Shown here in pieces: positions 19,651 through 29,111 of a DNA stretch of 64,000 bases. The position numbers and the translations under genes are program-made. Below the pieces are notes generated by a model. It was not told where the DNA came from and searched no databases. It saw only the letters and a list, made by a program, of their open reading frames with translations. Position 1 is the first letter of the stretch. Every line of letters begins with the position of its first letter. The stretch is from a virus (lineage: Duplodnaviria; Caudoviricetes). The stretch spans positions 224,001 to 288,000 of IMG/VR virus record IMGVR_UViG_3300028887_000067. One strand, 5' to 3'.

Positions 19651-20694
19651 ATGGTGAAGGCGGCACTTCGCCGCAGGAAGCTGGACCTTGAAATCCGGCA
19701 GAAGTGCATTGAGGCCGGCAAGGCAATCCCGAAGCGTGTAGCCTACCGGCTCGACCACAAGCCTAGCATGCCTAGGACTGCCAAGGCGAACGCAGAAATT
19801 AACTCGATATGCTGCTCGGTACAGGACGGCGAGCATACGACGTTCTCGATATGGGTCGAACTGAAGTCGATGTTTTCGTGCGATGAGTACGCGAGAGGAT
19901 ATTCAATCCAGATTCCGTTGAAGCGGACGAAGATGGACGACAAATGGAGGGCGGGTGAACACGAAATATTGCCGTCCATCCTGCTGTCCGACAATGCGAT
20001 ACATATAAGGTATCGTCGTCCGGTCCCCGAATGCAAGGGAGAACGGATAACTGGTCTAGATCAGGGGGTGCGCCGCATGCTTACCGCATCTGACGGCACG
20101 GTAATTCCTGATGACGGGCATGGGTTCAAGCACGTACTGCGGAAGATAGCCAGGAAGAGGCGCGGTTCAAAGGCATATCAGCGTGCGCTGAAGGAGAGAG
20201 CAAATTATGTATTCCATTCCATCAAGCAGGTGGACTGGTCGGTATACAAGCTGATCAACCTAGAAAGACATTTCGACATTAAACGGGGAAGGAAAACAAG
20301 CAGGATGCTTACCGCCTTCTCCAACCCACAAATACGCAATGCGTTGTACATGCGGACAACCGAAGAGTTGGGCGTCCCACTCCAGGAAGTCGATAACGTA
20401 TGCAATTCGTTGCGGTGTCCAATGGACGGCTGGGTGCATGTAAAGAACAGACCTAAGAAAGGAGTCGTATTCCGCTGCTGCAAATGCGGATACATCGACG
20501 ATGCGGACAAGGTAGGTGCAATCAACGCCAACCTCCATGCAAATGGTCTGCCCGACTGCAGTCACGCACTCGTATTCACGTGGAAGCTGCATAAGAAGTT
20601 CGGATTCTTCTGGACTAATGAAGGCTTCTTCGATGAAAAAGGAAATCCTATTTCCGTGGTCGGGAGTTCACAGTCCCCGACAGGCCTAAAATAA
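19651..20694 (+). mobile_element. tnpB: IS200/IS605-family TnpB without TnpA; N-terminus possibly shortened
   Basis: RuvC-I GLDQG, RuvC-II INLE, Zn ribbon CPMD..CCKC, RuvC-III DADKVGAIN; hairpins at and after the 3' end. Confidence 0.8.
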
Positions 20695-20828
20695 CTAGAA
20701 GCATTTTATATGATTTCTAGTAACTGTAATATATTGCTTTTTTTGCCTTCCGGCCACCCGTTAGACAGGGTATTTTTAGCGAAATATGCAATATATTGCT
20801 GTTTTCGGCGAATATTTTAGCTGCATAA

Positions 20829-21287
20829 CTATCTTGCTTCCGGCCAGAGCGTCCGTATGGCGGTCAACGTCTTGTTGAACGTCTCTATCTTGTCGTCGCC
20901 GGTAACGTCGACCATGGCGAGCTTGTTCTCCGTCATTCCGAACTGGTCCATCTGTTTGAACGTCTCAAGATACAGGCCGTTGTACTTCGGCGCGTCGAGG
21001 TCGAAATCCGATATCGGCTTCTCCCGTGTTCGGATCCGGCGCATCAGTTCCTCACTATCCGTGTTGACCATAAAGATGACGATTACGTCGTTGTTCTTCA
21101 GGTATTCACGGATATTGTTCGTGCGGGTGACCATGTTGATATCGAACATCATATTCGCCGATATCGTGTCGCGGTCGCGATCCTTGATTTTCACCGGAAT
21201 GTAATGGCTTTGAAAATACTCGTCCAATGCCTTTATGACGGTGCTCTTGCCGACTCCGTCAGTACCTTCTATCACTATCGTCTTCAT
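20829..21287 (-). CDS. Small P-loop nucleoside/nucleotide kinase
   Basis: IVIEGTDGVGKST; lid LMRRIRTR. Confidence 0.75.
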   Translation of the reverse strand: MKTIVIEGTDGVGKSTVIKALDEYFQSHYIPVKIKDRDRDTISANMMFDINMVTRTNNIREYLKNNDVIVIFMVNTDSEELMRRIRTREKPISDFDLDAPKYNGLYLETFKQMDQFGMTENKLAMVDVTGDDKIETFNKTLTAIRTLWPEAR

Positions 21288-21835
21288 ATCTTAGCCTCCT
21301 TGTTCCACTTCACCAGCGTGGCTACGGCGAGCGCAGTCCACACTATATACAGGCCCAACAAGTACAGAGCCTGGTTCGGGAGCATCCAGAATTCCACGAC
21401 GTAAGCAATGTCGTTCACGAGCCACACGACCCACGCTTCGACCTTCCGGAGCGCCATGAGCCAGAGAGCGACGAACGTGGTCACCGTTGTGAATGCGTCG
21501 ATGAACGGCAACGGGTCGTCTGTGTTGCGCAGGATGACGCTCGCCACGGCAACCGCCAATACAGTGAGGACTATTACGGCCGTTGCCTGAATCGCGGTAC
21601 AGTACCTGATGGCCGACTCGGCGCGTCCCCACTGCCACCACGCGTATGCGCATATGCCTACCATTATGCCGTTCTGTACCAGGTCGCCGTACAGGCTGTT
21701 CATATACGAGAACGCGATCAGGGCGACAAGCTGGACGATGTAGACTATCCAGTTGCACCTCTTGTTCATGAGAACGAGGATTCCCTGGGCAAGCCCGAGT
21801 GCCGTAGCCAATATTTCGACCTGTGCCGATGTCAT
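21284..21835 (-). CDS. pnuC: PnuC-family transporter
   Basis: Multi-TM; PLPFIDAFTT, LMALRKVEAWVVWLVND. Confidence 0.88.
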   Translation of the reverse strand: MTSAQVEILATALGLAQGILVLMNKRCNWIVYIVQLVALIAFSYMNSLYGDLVQNGIMVGICAYAWWQWGRAESAIRYCTAIQATAVIVLTVLAVAVASVILRNTDDPLPFIDAFTTVTTFVALWLMALRKVEAWVVWLVNDIAYVVEFWMLPNQALYLLGLYIVWTALAVATLVKWNKEAKI

Positions 21836-22380
21836 CTTGCGACTCCCCTGCTTAATCTATGCAGCTCGTCCAGGCACGCGTCTCGGGCGGCTGTCGCCGA
21901 CTCGAACTCGTGGAACCTGATTTGCGGGTTGATTGCCTTCGCCTGTAGGAACGGGTACCAATAAGGATGGTGGATCTGGCCGTCTAGGCCGACCGCAGTC
22001 GAGTCTACCTCTGTTTTCCTAATGGACTTTACGTAGTACACGTCGATATGTTTCAGCTCCGTCGCGGCGAACACGAGCTCGGCGAGCGTACCCGGCGCGT
22101 CCACGCCGTCGGGGAAGACGAGGAATACGTGGGTGGCATCCTTGATGGCTTCTATCTCGGCCTCGACCACGTCGGACGGGCCTAAGCCACGCTTGTAGTA
22201 ATAGAACGGACCGACGTAGTCAACCTCGCCGATGGCGACCGACGGACCCTTTTGCTCGATGAACGGGTCGCCGACGAACGAGTACCTGAAATCCTTCTTG
22301 ATGTTTTCCTCGGAAAACTCGGCGTACTTGAATGAGAACGGTCCGCCTATGTAGACCCTAGGCCTGTTGTTGCTGTTCAT
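21832..22380 (-). CDS. Nucleoside 2-deoxyribosyltransferase-like protein
   Basis: VYIGGPF, EIEAIKDA, PGTLAELVFA. Confidence 0.65.
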   Translation of the reverse strand: MNSNNRPRVYIGGPFSFKYAEFSEENIKKDFRYSFVGDPFIEQKGPSVAIGEVDYVGPFYYYKRGLGPSDVVEAEIEAIKDATHVFLVFPDGVDAPGTLAELVFAATELKHIDVYYVKSIRKTEVDSTAVGLDGQIHHPYWYPFLQAKAINPQIRFHEFESATAARDACLDELHRLSRGVAR

Positions 22381-22735
22381 GGTATAGTCCTAACATTTTG
22401 AGTGTTGCTTCCATATCGACGTCCGGATAATACTTCTTCCAGGTGTCGTATGCGTCGAGCGGCTTATCCGGCTTTGTAAATCGGGCGCACTCCCAGTCGA
22501 GTGCTGCCTGCACCTTGTCCTTGATGTCGCCGGTGCTCCTGTGATAATGGTGGTTTGACCATGCCCGGTGAAGAACCTGTGTCAGGCGCTTGCCGAACAA
22601 GATATACATCGGGACCTTGTCGAGGTCGTGAAACGGGAACGAGAACCCCTTTTCCTTTGCGAGCTTCTGCAACGCCCTATGATGGTCGAGCGTGTACTTG
22701 ATTAGCGCGATACGGGACTTCAATGTCTTAATCAT
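22358..22735 (-). CDS. DUF5662-like HD-type protein
   Basis: FHDLDK, HRAWSNHH, LDWECAR. Confidence 0.65.
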   Translation of the reverse strand: MIKTLKSRIALIKYTLDHHRALQKLAKEKGFSFPFHDLDKVPMYILFGKRLTQVLHRAWSNHHYHRSTGDIKDKVQAALDWECARFTKPDKPLDAYDTWKKYYPDVDMEATLKMLGLYHEQQQQA

Positions 22736-22822
22736 AGCCCAAATATAGCAATTTGCTGTTTAAACCGATTGATGCTATATTTAGGCGTGCATTCTTAAAC
22801 AACCATTATCAATGGAGCTTTT

Positions 22823-23335
22823 ATGTCCGCTTTTGAAACCAAAGGAATCCTCGTGTCCAAGCAGGACGCCGTAATCAAGGAAACCCGCGTAACCAAGCTG
22901 AAATTCAAGATAACCTCTCCGGGATCGGTACGATCCTTCGCCCGTGCCCTGCAGACCGAATGCAAGGTCGACGGCGTCATCTCGGCGACCGATTCCACCA
23001 GCGGAAACTGGTCCTACAAGGTCAACACTAAGGAATACTGCATCTACCTCAAGTTCTGCTTCGGTACCGAACTGGAGAACATCACCGAGTTTGACGGCCA
23101 GCTCGTCGGCGCGTCATTCTCCCATTCCATGAAGGAAGTCAAGGAAGAGCTCGTCGAGAAGTCGTCCTGCACCATAGAGATCCTGAAGGAGCGAGACACC
23201 GACGCCGACTTCAAGCTTGGCGAATACATCAAACGAACCATCACCGACGAGAAGACCAACAAGAAGATACTTGTCACGATGGTACTTTCTGCCGACCCGA
23301 TTCCACAAAACCCGATTATAGGCACGGAAATCTAA
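22823..23335 (+). CDS. Hypothetical protein
   Basis: TGCTATATTT promoter, GGAG RBS. Confidence 0.7.
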   Translation: MSAFETKGILVSKQDAVIKETRVTKLKFKITSPGSVRSFARALQTECKVDGVISATDSTSGNWSYKVNTKEYCIYLKFCFGTELENITEFDGQLVGASFSHSMKEVKEELVEKSSCTIEILKERDTDADFKLGEYIKRTITDEKTNKKILVTMVLSADPIPQNPIIGTEI

Positions 23336-23336
23336 A

Positions 23337-24212
23337 ATGCAAAAATTCCTGATATCTTCCGACATAGGCGGTGCAAGCCTTACCAAGGGCGCCCTAGAGT
23401 ATATTCTCGACCATAATGGCGAAGCCGGCACTGACAACAAGTATTCGGAATCCAACGGATGCGTGTATAGGGAGTATACCCTTGGGTATACCGGCGCTCG
23501 GGAAACATGGCCCAGCCCGCTGTATACGGAATGGTATCAGCTCTACAAGGAGCAGACCCCGACCGAATCAGTCCGTCCGTTCAACGAAATTCCACTCGAC
23601 GCATCGGTCCAACTGCCCACAAGCAACTGCCTGAGAAACTTGTTGCCGCAGGGAATGACGCAATCCGTGTATGACGCGTACGTCCCGAGCGAATATTTCA
23701 GTGAGCTTGACCGGCTCAACGGTGGATGCCGTCTCCGCATCGTCACCGTGCCGGAAGGCGCCGACGTGTATATTGTCTCCGATGACGACATGGGATGCGA
23801 GCGGGTCGAGGAATTTCACCGTTCTTGGTCTGTACAGCCTGACGACGAAATCGCTTTTGTTGAAACGGTAAAGAGACTTTCGTCAGTTTTTGAACATGAC
23901 CCGATCAAACCGAATCAAGTAGTGGACACCGATGAAATCCAGTTCGTTCACCGTGGCTGTAAAGGCGACGGCGTCCTCTTCGTGCATAATGGACGCGAGG
24001 GCATCGCCGTGTCCAAGAAAACGGGCAAGGTTGCTTTGCTCGTGCTCGCCGAATATTTCTGTGAGACGGACATACACCCGAAAAGTTGGTTCGAAATTGT
24101 CGGCGCGGAAAAGGATCACATCACGTCACAGTACGGAATGCTGTTCAAAATGAAAGAGATGAAATCATATATGGACTTGTGGACGCTACTCCAGCAACGG
24201 CTGAACAAATAG
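23337..24212 (+). CDS. Hypothetical protein
   Basis: 291-aa ORF abutting the upstream gene. Confidence 0.65.
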   Translation: MQKFLISSDIGGASLTKGALEYILDHNGEAGTDNKYSESNGCVYREYTLGYTGARETWPSPLYTEWYQLYKEQTPTESVRPFNEIPLDASVQLPTSNCLRNLLPQGMTQSVYDAYVPSEYFSELDRLNGGCRLRIVTVPEGADVYIVSDDDMGCERVEEFHRSWSVQPDDEIAFVETVKRLSSVFEHDPIKPNQVVDTDEIQFVHRGCKGDGVLFVHNGREGIAVSKKTGKVALLVLAEYFCETDIHPKSWFEIVGAEKDHITSQYGMLFKMKEMKSYMDLWTLLQQRLNK

Positions 24213-24218
24213 GAGGTT

Positions 24219-24623
24219 ATGGTGCCAGCAAATATGGAAAAATCGCTACCTGTTGTACAATCGTCGACAGCTGAGCGGGAAGCTAACATCATCAACTATT
24301 GTATAAAGTTGCAGAAAAAGATCAAGTATTGCGACACCGCTATGGCTGTATTGCATGCCTTGATTGTAGTCGACGCGGTGTCGTTATTTTTCTCAATGCT
24401 AATATACGCAAGCGCGGATGCCGCTTTGGCCGGCGTTATTTTTGTGGTATCTCTCAGCCTCGCGCCATTGTTGATACTGGGCATCATTTTCTGTCCTACT
24501 CCGAATCCATACGGAACCCAGCTCATGGTAGCGGCAAACAAGTTGCCGAACAACACGGATGCAATGATGCACTTGAAACGCCGACTCATCGACGAAGCCG
24601 AAGACGCCATAAAATGGCATTAA
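24219..24623 (+). CDS. Two-TM membrane protein
   Basis: GGAGG RBS; two hydrophobic helices. Confidence 0.65.
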   Translation: MVPANMEKSLPVVQSSTAEREANIINYCIKLQKKIKYCDTAMAVLHALIVVDAVSLFFSMLIYASADAALAGVIFVVSLSLAPLLILGIIFCPTPNPYGTQLMVAANKLPNNTDAMMHLKRRLIDEAEDAIKWH

Positions 24624-25270
24624 TCGTCCCAGAACTTCTCGATCGTTCCGACCAGTGCGTATTTACGCAACGCGCTTATGCAGGAATGGTATGACGAGTA
24701 GTGGTTCTGCACATTGAGAGCAATGTCCTTCAATGTCGCTCCCGGATTCGCCTGCACGTATTCCTTGGCGCGTGCGATGAAACGCGAGAACGAAGTTGAC
24801 CTGGAGCCGGCCTGTGTGCCGGCTTCAAGCTTTTTGTCCATGTGCCTGAGTTCGGGAAGCCAGAAATCGAGGTCGCCCGGCAATGGTTCGGCTTTCAGGG
24901 CGATTCTTGCGAACCTCTGGGGCGTGTCGTCGAGTATTCCCTGGTATTCGCCAACCATTATATAGCCAATCCCCAGTGCGCGGAGCACCTGTCTGGCATC
25001 GTTGTTCAGCGTACAAGGACAGGCGACATACACACGTGTGGCTGTATCGAGCCACCTGGTCGCTTGCGCAATGACCTTGATGTTCAGCTGTTTCTTGAGC
25101 TCGATAGCGATCACCTCGCCGTCGTTGAAGTATACCAGGTCGCACGAACCCGATCCGCCGATGCCTACTTCCTCGGCCATCTCCATGCCCTTGAAAAGGT
25201 TGGCGTCCTTTATGGCGCGTCCTACCTCTACCTCGCTAATGTCGAACTTGAATTGCTTGCGTCGTCTCAT
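24620..25270 (-). CDS. PD-(D/E)xK nuclease-fold protein (MmcB/DUF2161-like)
   Basis: EEV..CDLV..IAIELK..IAQA..VYVACP..LGIG. Confidence 0.7.
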   Translation of the reverse strand: MRRRKQFKFDISEVEVGRAIKDANLFKGMEMAEEVGIGGSGSCDLVYFNDGEVIAIELKKQLNIKVIAQATRWLDTATRVYVACPCTLNNDARQVLRALGIGYIMVGEYQGILDDTPQRFARIALKAEPLPGDLDFWLPELRHMDKKLEAGTQAGSRSTSFSRFIARAKEYVQANPGATLKDIALNVQNHYSSYHSCISALRKYALVGTIEKFWDD

Positions 25271-25461
25271 GCCGAAAATATAGCTAAATGTCCATAAAAA
25301 GCGAAATCCATCGCGTTTGCGATGGATTGCCCCTTGTGCTTCTCTTTCCTCGTGTACTTCGATTTTAGCTGTACCACCCTTGTTCGAAGGGTGGCGCCGT
25401 TGCTGGTTCCGGCAACCCTCGCCATGCGCTGTCGCGCCGTTTCGGTAGCTTTCGTCTTCAT
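25267..25461 (-). CDS. ArfA-like small basic protein (putative ribosome rescue factor)
   Basis: 64 aa, GAGGA RBS; LRTRVVQLKSKYTRKEKHKG resembles the ArfA FRxRV..Y.RK.KH core; internal terminator-like hairpin. Confidence 0.55.
   Translation of the reverse strand: MKTKATETARQRMARVAGTSNGATLRTRVVQLKSKYTRKEKHKGQSIANAMDFAFYGHLAIFSA
25296..25328 (-). terminator. Terminator-like hairpin inside the ArfA-like ORF
   Basis: AATCCATCGC-aaac-GCGATGGATT then TCGCTTTTT, upstream of the stop codon. Confidence 0.65.
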
Positions 25462-25527
25462 ATTGCTTTCCTCGCGTTGATACAAGTTTAGCAATTTGCT
25501 ATATTTCGGTCAACCAAAGAGGATCCG

Positions 25528-26010
25528 ATGGACACGAAAGACACACTCAAGCTCAGCAACCTGTATAACGCTAAAAACCTGACTACCTTGGTCGGCGACC
25601 AACTCAAGGCGCTGAAGACGTACGACCCGCGCAAGTTCGCCCAGGTAATCGAGAACCAGCTGTGCCTGAACAGCGGAAACATGCCGAAGGCGTTCAAGGA
25701 CGTGCTCAAGTTCAACGTACCCATACTGCAGTCCGAGCTGAAGCCTTACGTGTATGAAGATAAGTTCGGCCGTGGCACCGTGCCGACTGACACTTATTTC
25801 GTCAAGAGCTGTGGAAAGGTCAGCGCGATTATCAAGATCATCGGCGGGGAGACCGGCATCGGGACGGTCAGCCCGTCGAAAATACCCGATGACGTGTACG
25901 TGTATACGGTCGGGGAAATCAGCGAGAAGGTGGTCGCCACCATCAAGCTGTTCACCGACGAGATCGAACGTCTCCGCGCCGAGGAACGGGTGAAGAAGGA
26001 ACAGGATTGA
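25528..26010 (+). CDS. Hypothetical protein
   Basis: TGCTATATTT promoter, GAGG RBS. Confidence 0.7.
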   Translation: MDTKDTLKLSNLYNAKNLTTLVGDQLKALKTYDPRKFAQVIENQLCLNSGNMPKAFKDVLKFNVPILQSELKPYVYEDKFGRGTVPTDTYFVKSCGKVSAIIKIIGGETGIGTVSPSKIPDDVYVYTVGEISEKVVATIKLFTDEIERLRAEERVKKEQD

Positions 26011-26495
26011 TGAGAACCATCGGCTTGTGCGCACTTGCGGCCGTGCTCGTTGCCATTTCGGTGAAGAACGCATTCCGCGACTTCGTCCGCAAGTGCAACG
26101 GCATGATTCGTCTGGTGGCGTGCGCCGGCGGGTCCTATATGTTGTTAAGGTGCGTCGTGTTTCACGCCGACCCCTATCACTCGGCGATCGTATATGTCGC
26201 GTTGAGCGAGACGGAATGTAAATCTGTGATACAGGATATGTGTGACAAGTACCCGAAGGTATTCGAATATGATGACATACTCGGCATTAAACGGTCCCGG
26301 CTCAAGACAAGCGGGTTTTTTATCTCGCCGAATGCGAAATTGAAGCAGACGATTCCTGATTGGGACGACTTCAGACATTTCCTAAAAAGCCTCAACAATG
26401 TCCCACCCTTCTGGCGCAATCCCGTGCCTGTAGACGACATTATCAGTGATTTCAAGTCACGATGGAAACAAACTATTATAAAATATGGAACATAA
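26007..26495 (+). CDS. Hypothetical protein with hydrophobic N-terminus
   Basis: Coupled to the upstream gene. Confidence 0.55.
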   Translation: MMRTIGLCALAAVLVAISVKNAFRDFVRKCNGMIRLVACAGGSYMLLRCVVFHADPYHSAIVYVALSETECKSVIQDMCDKYPKVFEYDDILGIKRSRLKTSGFFISPNAKLKQTIPDWDDFRHFLKSLNNVPPFWRNPVPVDDIISDFKSRWKQTIIKYGT

Positions 26496-26504
26496 GGAGA
26501 TCAT

Positions 26505-27896
26505 ATGACAAAGCGCATATCAGAATCCGTAATCGCCAAGGCGAGACGTACGATTGGGCACCGCTCGGGCCGCGCCACTTCGGTGAGCCCGCGCCTTCCT
26601 AAGCAGTACAAGAAGAAGAACCCGAGCAAGTGGATAATCCACCACTTGACCCAGACGGACCTGTACAAGTATTCAATGGGCCAGCTATACTTCCACAAGC
26701 ACCGCAACGTGCAGGCCCGCTGGGAGTTCAAGCTGCGTTCCAAGGGGGTCCGTCTCGACCACCTTTACGAGGCGATCAACCTCGAGCTCGACCACCTCTG
26801 CACGCTTCGCTACACCATGACTGAACTGAACGGGCTCCGCGTAGTCGGCCCGTGGCTCGCTGAGGACTTCGTCCGTTACCTGAAACTCGTCCAGCTCAAC
26901 CGCGAGTACATCCATTGCGAATACGACCCCGATGACGAGTGTGGTCTCAAGATATGGGCCGAGGGACCGCAGATGGACGTGTTCTGGTTTGAGATTTACT
27001 GCCTCCAGATTGTCCAGCACCTCTATTTTGATGACCTTGAGATCGACTGGGACGCTTCCAAGGCAGCTCTCGACGAAGCTATCCAAAAGTGGAAGGCCGC
27101 CGCCGAACGCGGTATCAAGTTCACCATCTCTGACTTCGGTATCCGTCGCAGCGTCGACGACAATTGGAACGAGTATATGGTGTCCACCATGTTGAAGGAA
27201 CTCCCCGGCGTATTTGTCGGCACCTCCAACGTTTACCTCGCAATCAAGCTGGGATGCAAGGCCATCGGAACTTTCGCCCACGAACTCTACCAGGTTTACC
27301 AGGGCCTCGACTACATCAACCTCCGCATGTTCCAGGTTGCCGTGTTCGAGGACTGGATGCACGAGTTCGGCGGTGACCTCGGTATCGCTCTCTCCGACAT
27401 CGTCGGCTTCAAGGCATTCCTCGCCGACTTCGGTGGCGACGACCCGCGTGGCAAGCTCTACGCTAAGGTGTTCGACGGATGCCGTCACGATTCCGGCGAC
27501 CCGTACACGTGGGGAGAGATGCTAATTGCGCATTACCGGAAGTTGAAGATTCTGCCCGAGACTAAGATCGGCTGCTGGAGCGACTCCCTCAACGTCGACA
27601 AGTCCATCGCCATCGCGGAACACTTCAATCTCCGCATCAAGATCGCTTTCGGAATCGGCCAGTTCCTCTGCGCGAGCCTCTTGAAATTCAAGAACAATAC
27701 GGACAACCGCAAGCCGCTTTCCATGGTGATGAAGGTCGTCATGATCAAGGCGCACGACAAGGCCCCGTGGGTATGGGTCGTCAAGCTGTCCGACTCGGTC
27801 GGAAAGACGATGTGCCCCGACCAGGAGCGCATCGACCTGATCAAGCGTACGTTCAACTACAGTTCGATTGACGACGACCCCCCGAGCTGCCAATAA
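26505..27896 (+). CDS. pncB: Nicotinate phosphoribosyltransferase
   Basis: TDLYKYSM, DFGIRRS, GTSNV, GTFAHE (phospho-His), RHDSGDP, WSDSLN, AFGIG, VKLSD; lacks the NAMPT DSYK/HDFGxRG pattern; basic N-terminal extension. Confidence 0.92.
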   Translation: MTKRISESVIAKARRTIGHRSGRATSVSPRLPKQYKKKNPSKWIIHHLTQTDLYKYSMGQLYFHKHRNVQARWEFKLRSKGVRLDHLYEAINLELDHLCTLRYTMTELNGLRVVGPWLAEDFVRYLKLVQLNREYIHCEYDPDDECGLKIWAEGPQMDVFWFEIYCLQIVQHLYFDDLEIDWDASKAALDEAIQKWKAAAERGIKFTISDFGIRRSVDDNWNEYMVSTMLKELPGVFVGTSNVYLAIKLGCKAIGTFAHELYQVYQGLDYINLRMFQVAVFEDWMHEFGGDLGIALSDIVGFKAFLADFGGDDPRGKLYAKVFDGCRHDSGDPYTWGEMLIAHYRKLKILPETKIGCWSDSLNVDKSIAIAEHFNLRIKIAFGIGQFLCASLLKFKNNTDNRKPLSMVMKVVMIKAHDKAPWVWVVKLSDSVGKTMCPDQERIDLIKRTFNYSSIDDDPPSCQ

Positions 27897-27953
27897 CTTG
27901 TTAACCAAAGAATCCAGTTGCCACGCGACTGGATTCTTTGCTATATTTTTCGC

Positions 27954-29081
27954 ATGGCATCCATTACATTTATTTATGGCGGCGCGTTTGACCCGATTAC
28001 CATCGGTCACGAGAGCATCATCTACAACTTGACGCTTTACATCGACTCCATCATCGGAAAAGACAAATTTGATAGTGTCCACCGGATTATCGCCGTGACG
28101 GCGAACGACGAGAAGAGCTATCACTTATCGCTGAAGCATCGCATGGAGATGGTTCAAATCGCCATCCCGGAGGCGCTGGGGTGGAAAGTTGTCGAGCAGG
28201 AAACCCGCATGGCGGATTTCGTACGGAACCTGCGCAAAGAACAGCAGACCCCCGAAGATAGCATACCCGGTCCCTTGTTCGTCATTGCCCTCGGTTACGA
28301 TGAATGGGAAGACTTGAAACATAACAAGTGGGTCGACTCCGATTTCCTCTTGCACAATTGCTCGTTCATCGTCGTGGATCGCCCTGATGTGCATAGCAAG
28401 TATACCCGTCAAGACGAGACCGGTTACTCGGTCACGCATGTTAAATGGGGCGTGCCCTGCGTATCCTCGACACAGGTCAGAAACGATATGCGGAATACTC
28501 CGCTGTATGCCGGCAAGGACGTATCCATTCCCGTTTCGATGTACCTCCGCGGCCACCACCTGCTCGGCCAGACTACGGCGGTCGAGTACGAGGAGATAGA
28601 GAACGAAGGAATCAATTCCTATAACCCGAAAGACTTCCCGAAGCCGTCGGTCACGGCCACCACCCTTATTATGTTTAAGGATCGTGTGCTTCTTGTTCGG
28701 AGGAAGAATTTTCCCGACCACGACATGTGGTGCTTTCCGGGAGGCTTCGCCAACCCGCACGAGAATATCGAGACGGTCGGGGCTCGCGAGGTGTTCGAAG
28801 AGACCCAGATTTCCATACCAGAGGACAAAATCATCCAGCTCGGCGTGTTCACTCCCGACGACCCGCGCATCTGGAAGTTCGAAAAGTTCTGGTCGTACGA
28901 CGTTGCCCTTTGGGCGGACGTGTCGTTCCATCAAAACACTAACTTACTTGAGCCGAGGGCGGCCGACGACGCCAAGGACGCCTGCTGGTTCCCTATAAAG
29001 GAAGTCAGGGGCATGCAGTTGGCGTTCCACCACAACAAGATTCTCGAGAAGTTCTTATCCACACATCCCGGTTACGTTTAA
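27954..29081 (+). CDS. Bifunctional NadD-like adenylyltransferase and NUDIX (ADP-ribose pyrophosphatase-type)
   Basis: YGGAFDPITIGH, VSSTQVR; PSVT, PGGF..E....GAREVFEET, AADDA, LAFHH. Confidence 0.88.
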   Translation: MASITFIYGGAFDPITIGHESIIYNLTLYIDSIIGKDKFDSVHRIIAVTANDEKSYHLSLKHRMEMVQIAIPEALGWKVVEQETRMADFVRNLRKEQQTPEDSIPGPLFVIALGYDEWEDLKHNKWVDSDFLLHNCSFIVVDRPDVHSKYTRQDETGYSVTHVKWGVPCVSSTQVRNDMRNTPLYAGKDVSIPVSMYLRGHHLLGQTTAVEYEEIENEGINSYNPKDFPKPSVTATTLIMFKDRVLLVRRKNFPDHDMWCFPGGFANPHENIETVGAREVFEETQISIPEDKIIQLGVFTPDDPRIWKFEKFWSYDVALWADVSFHQNTNLLEPRAADDAKDACWFPIKEVRGMQLAFHHNKILEKFLSTHPGYV

Positions 29082-29111
29082 ACCGGCATACAGCCAAAAG
29101 GAAAAACAACC

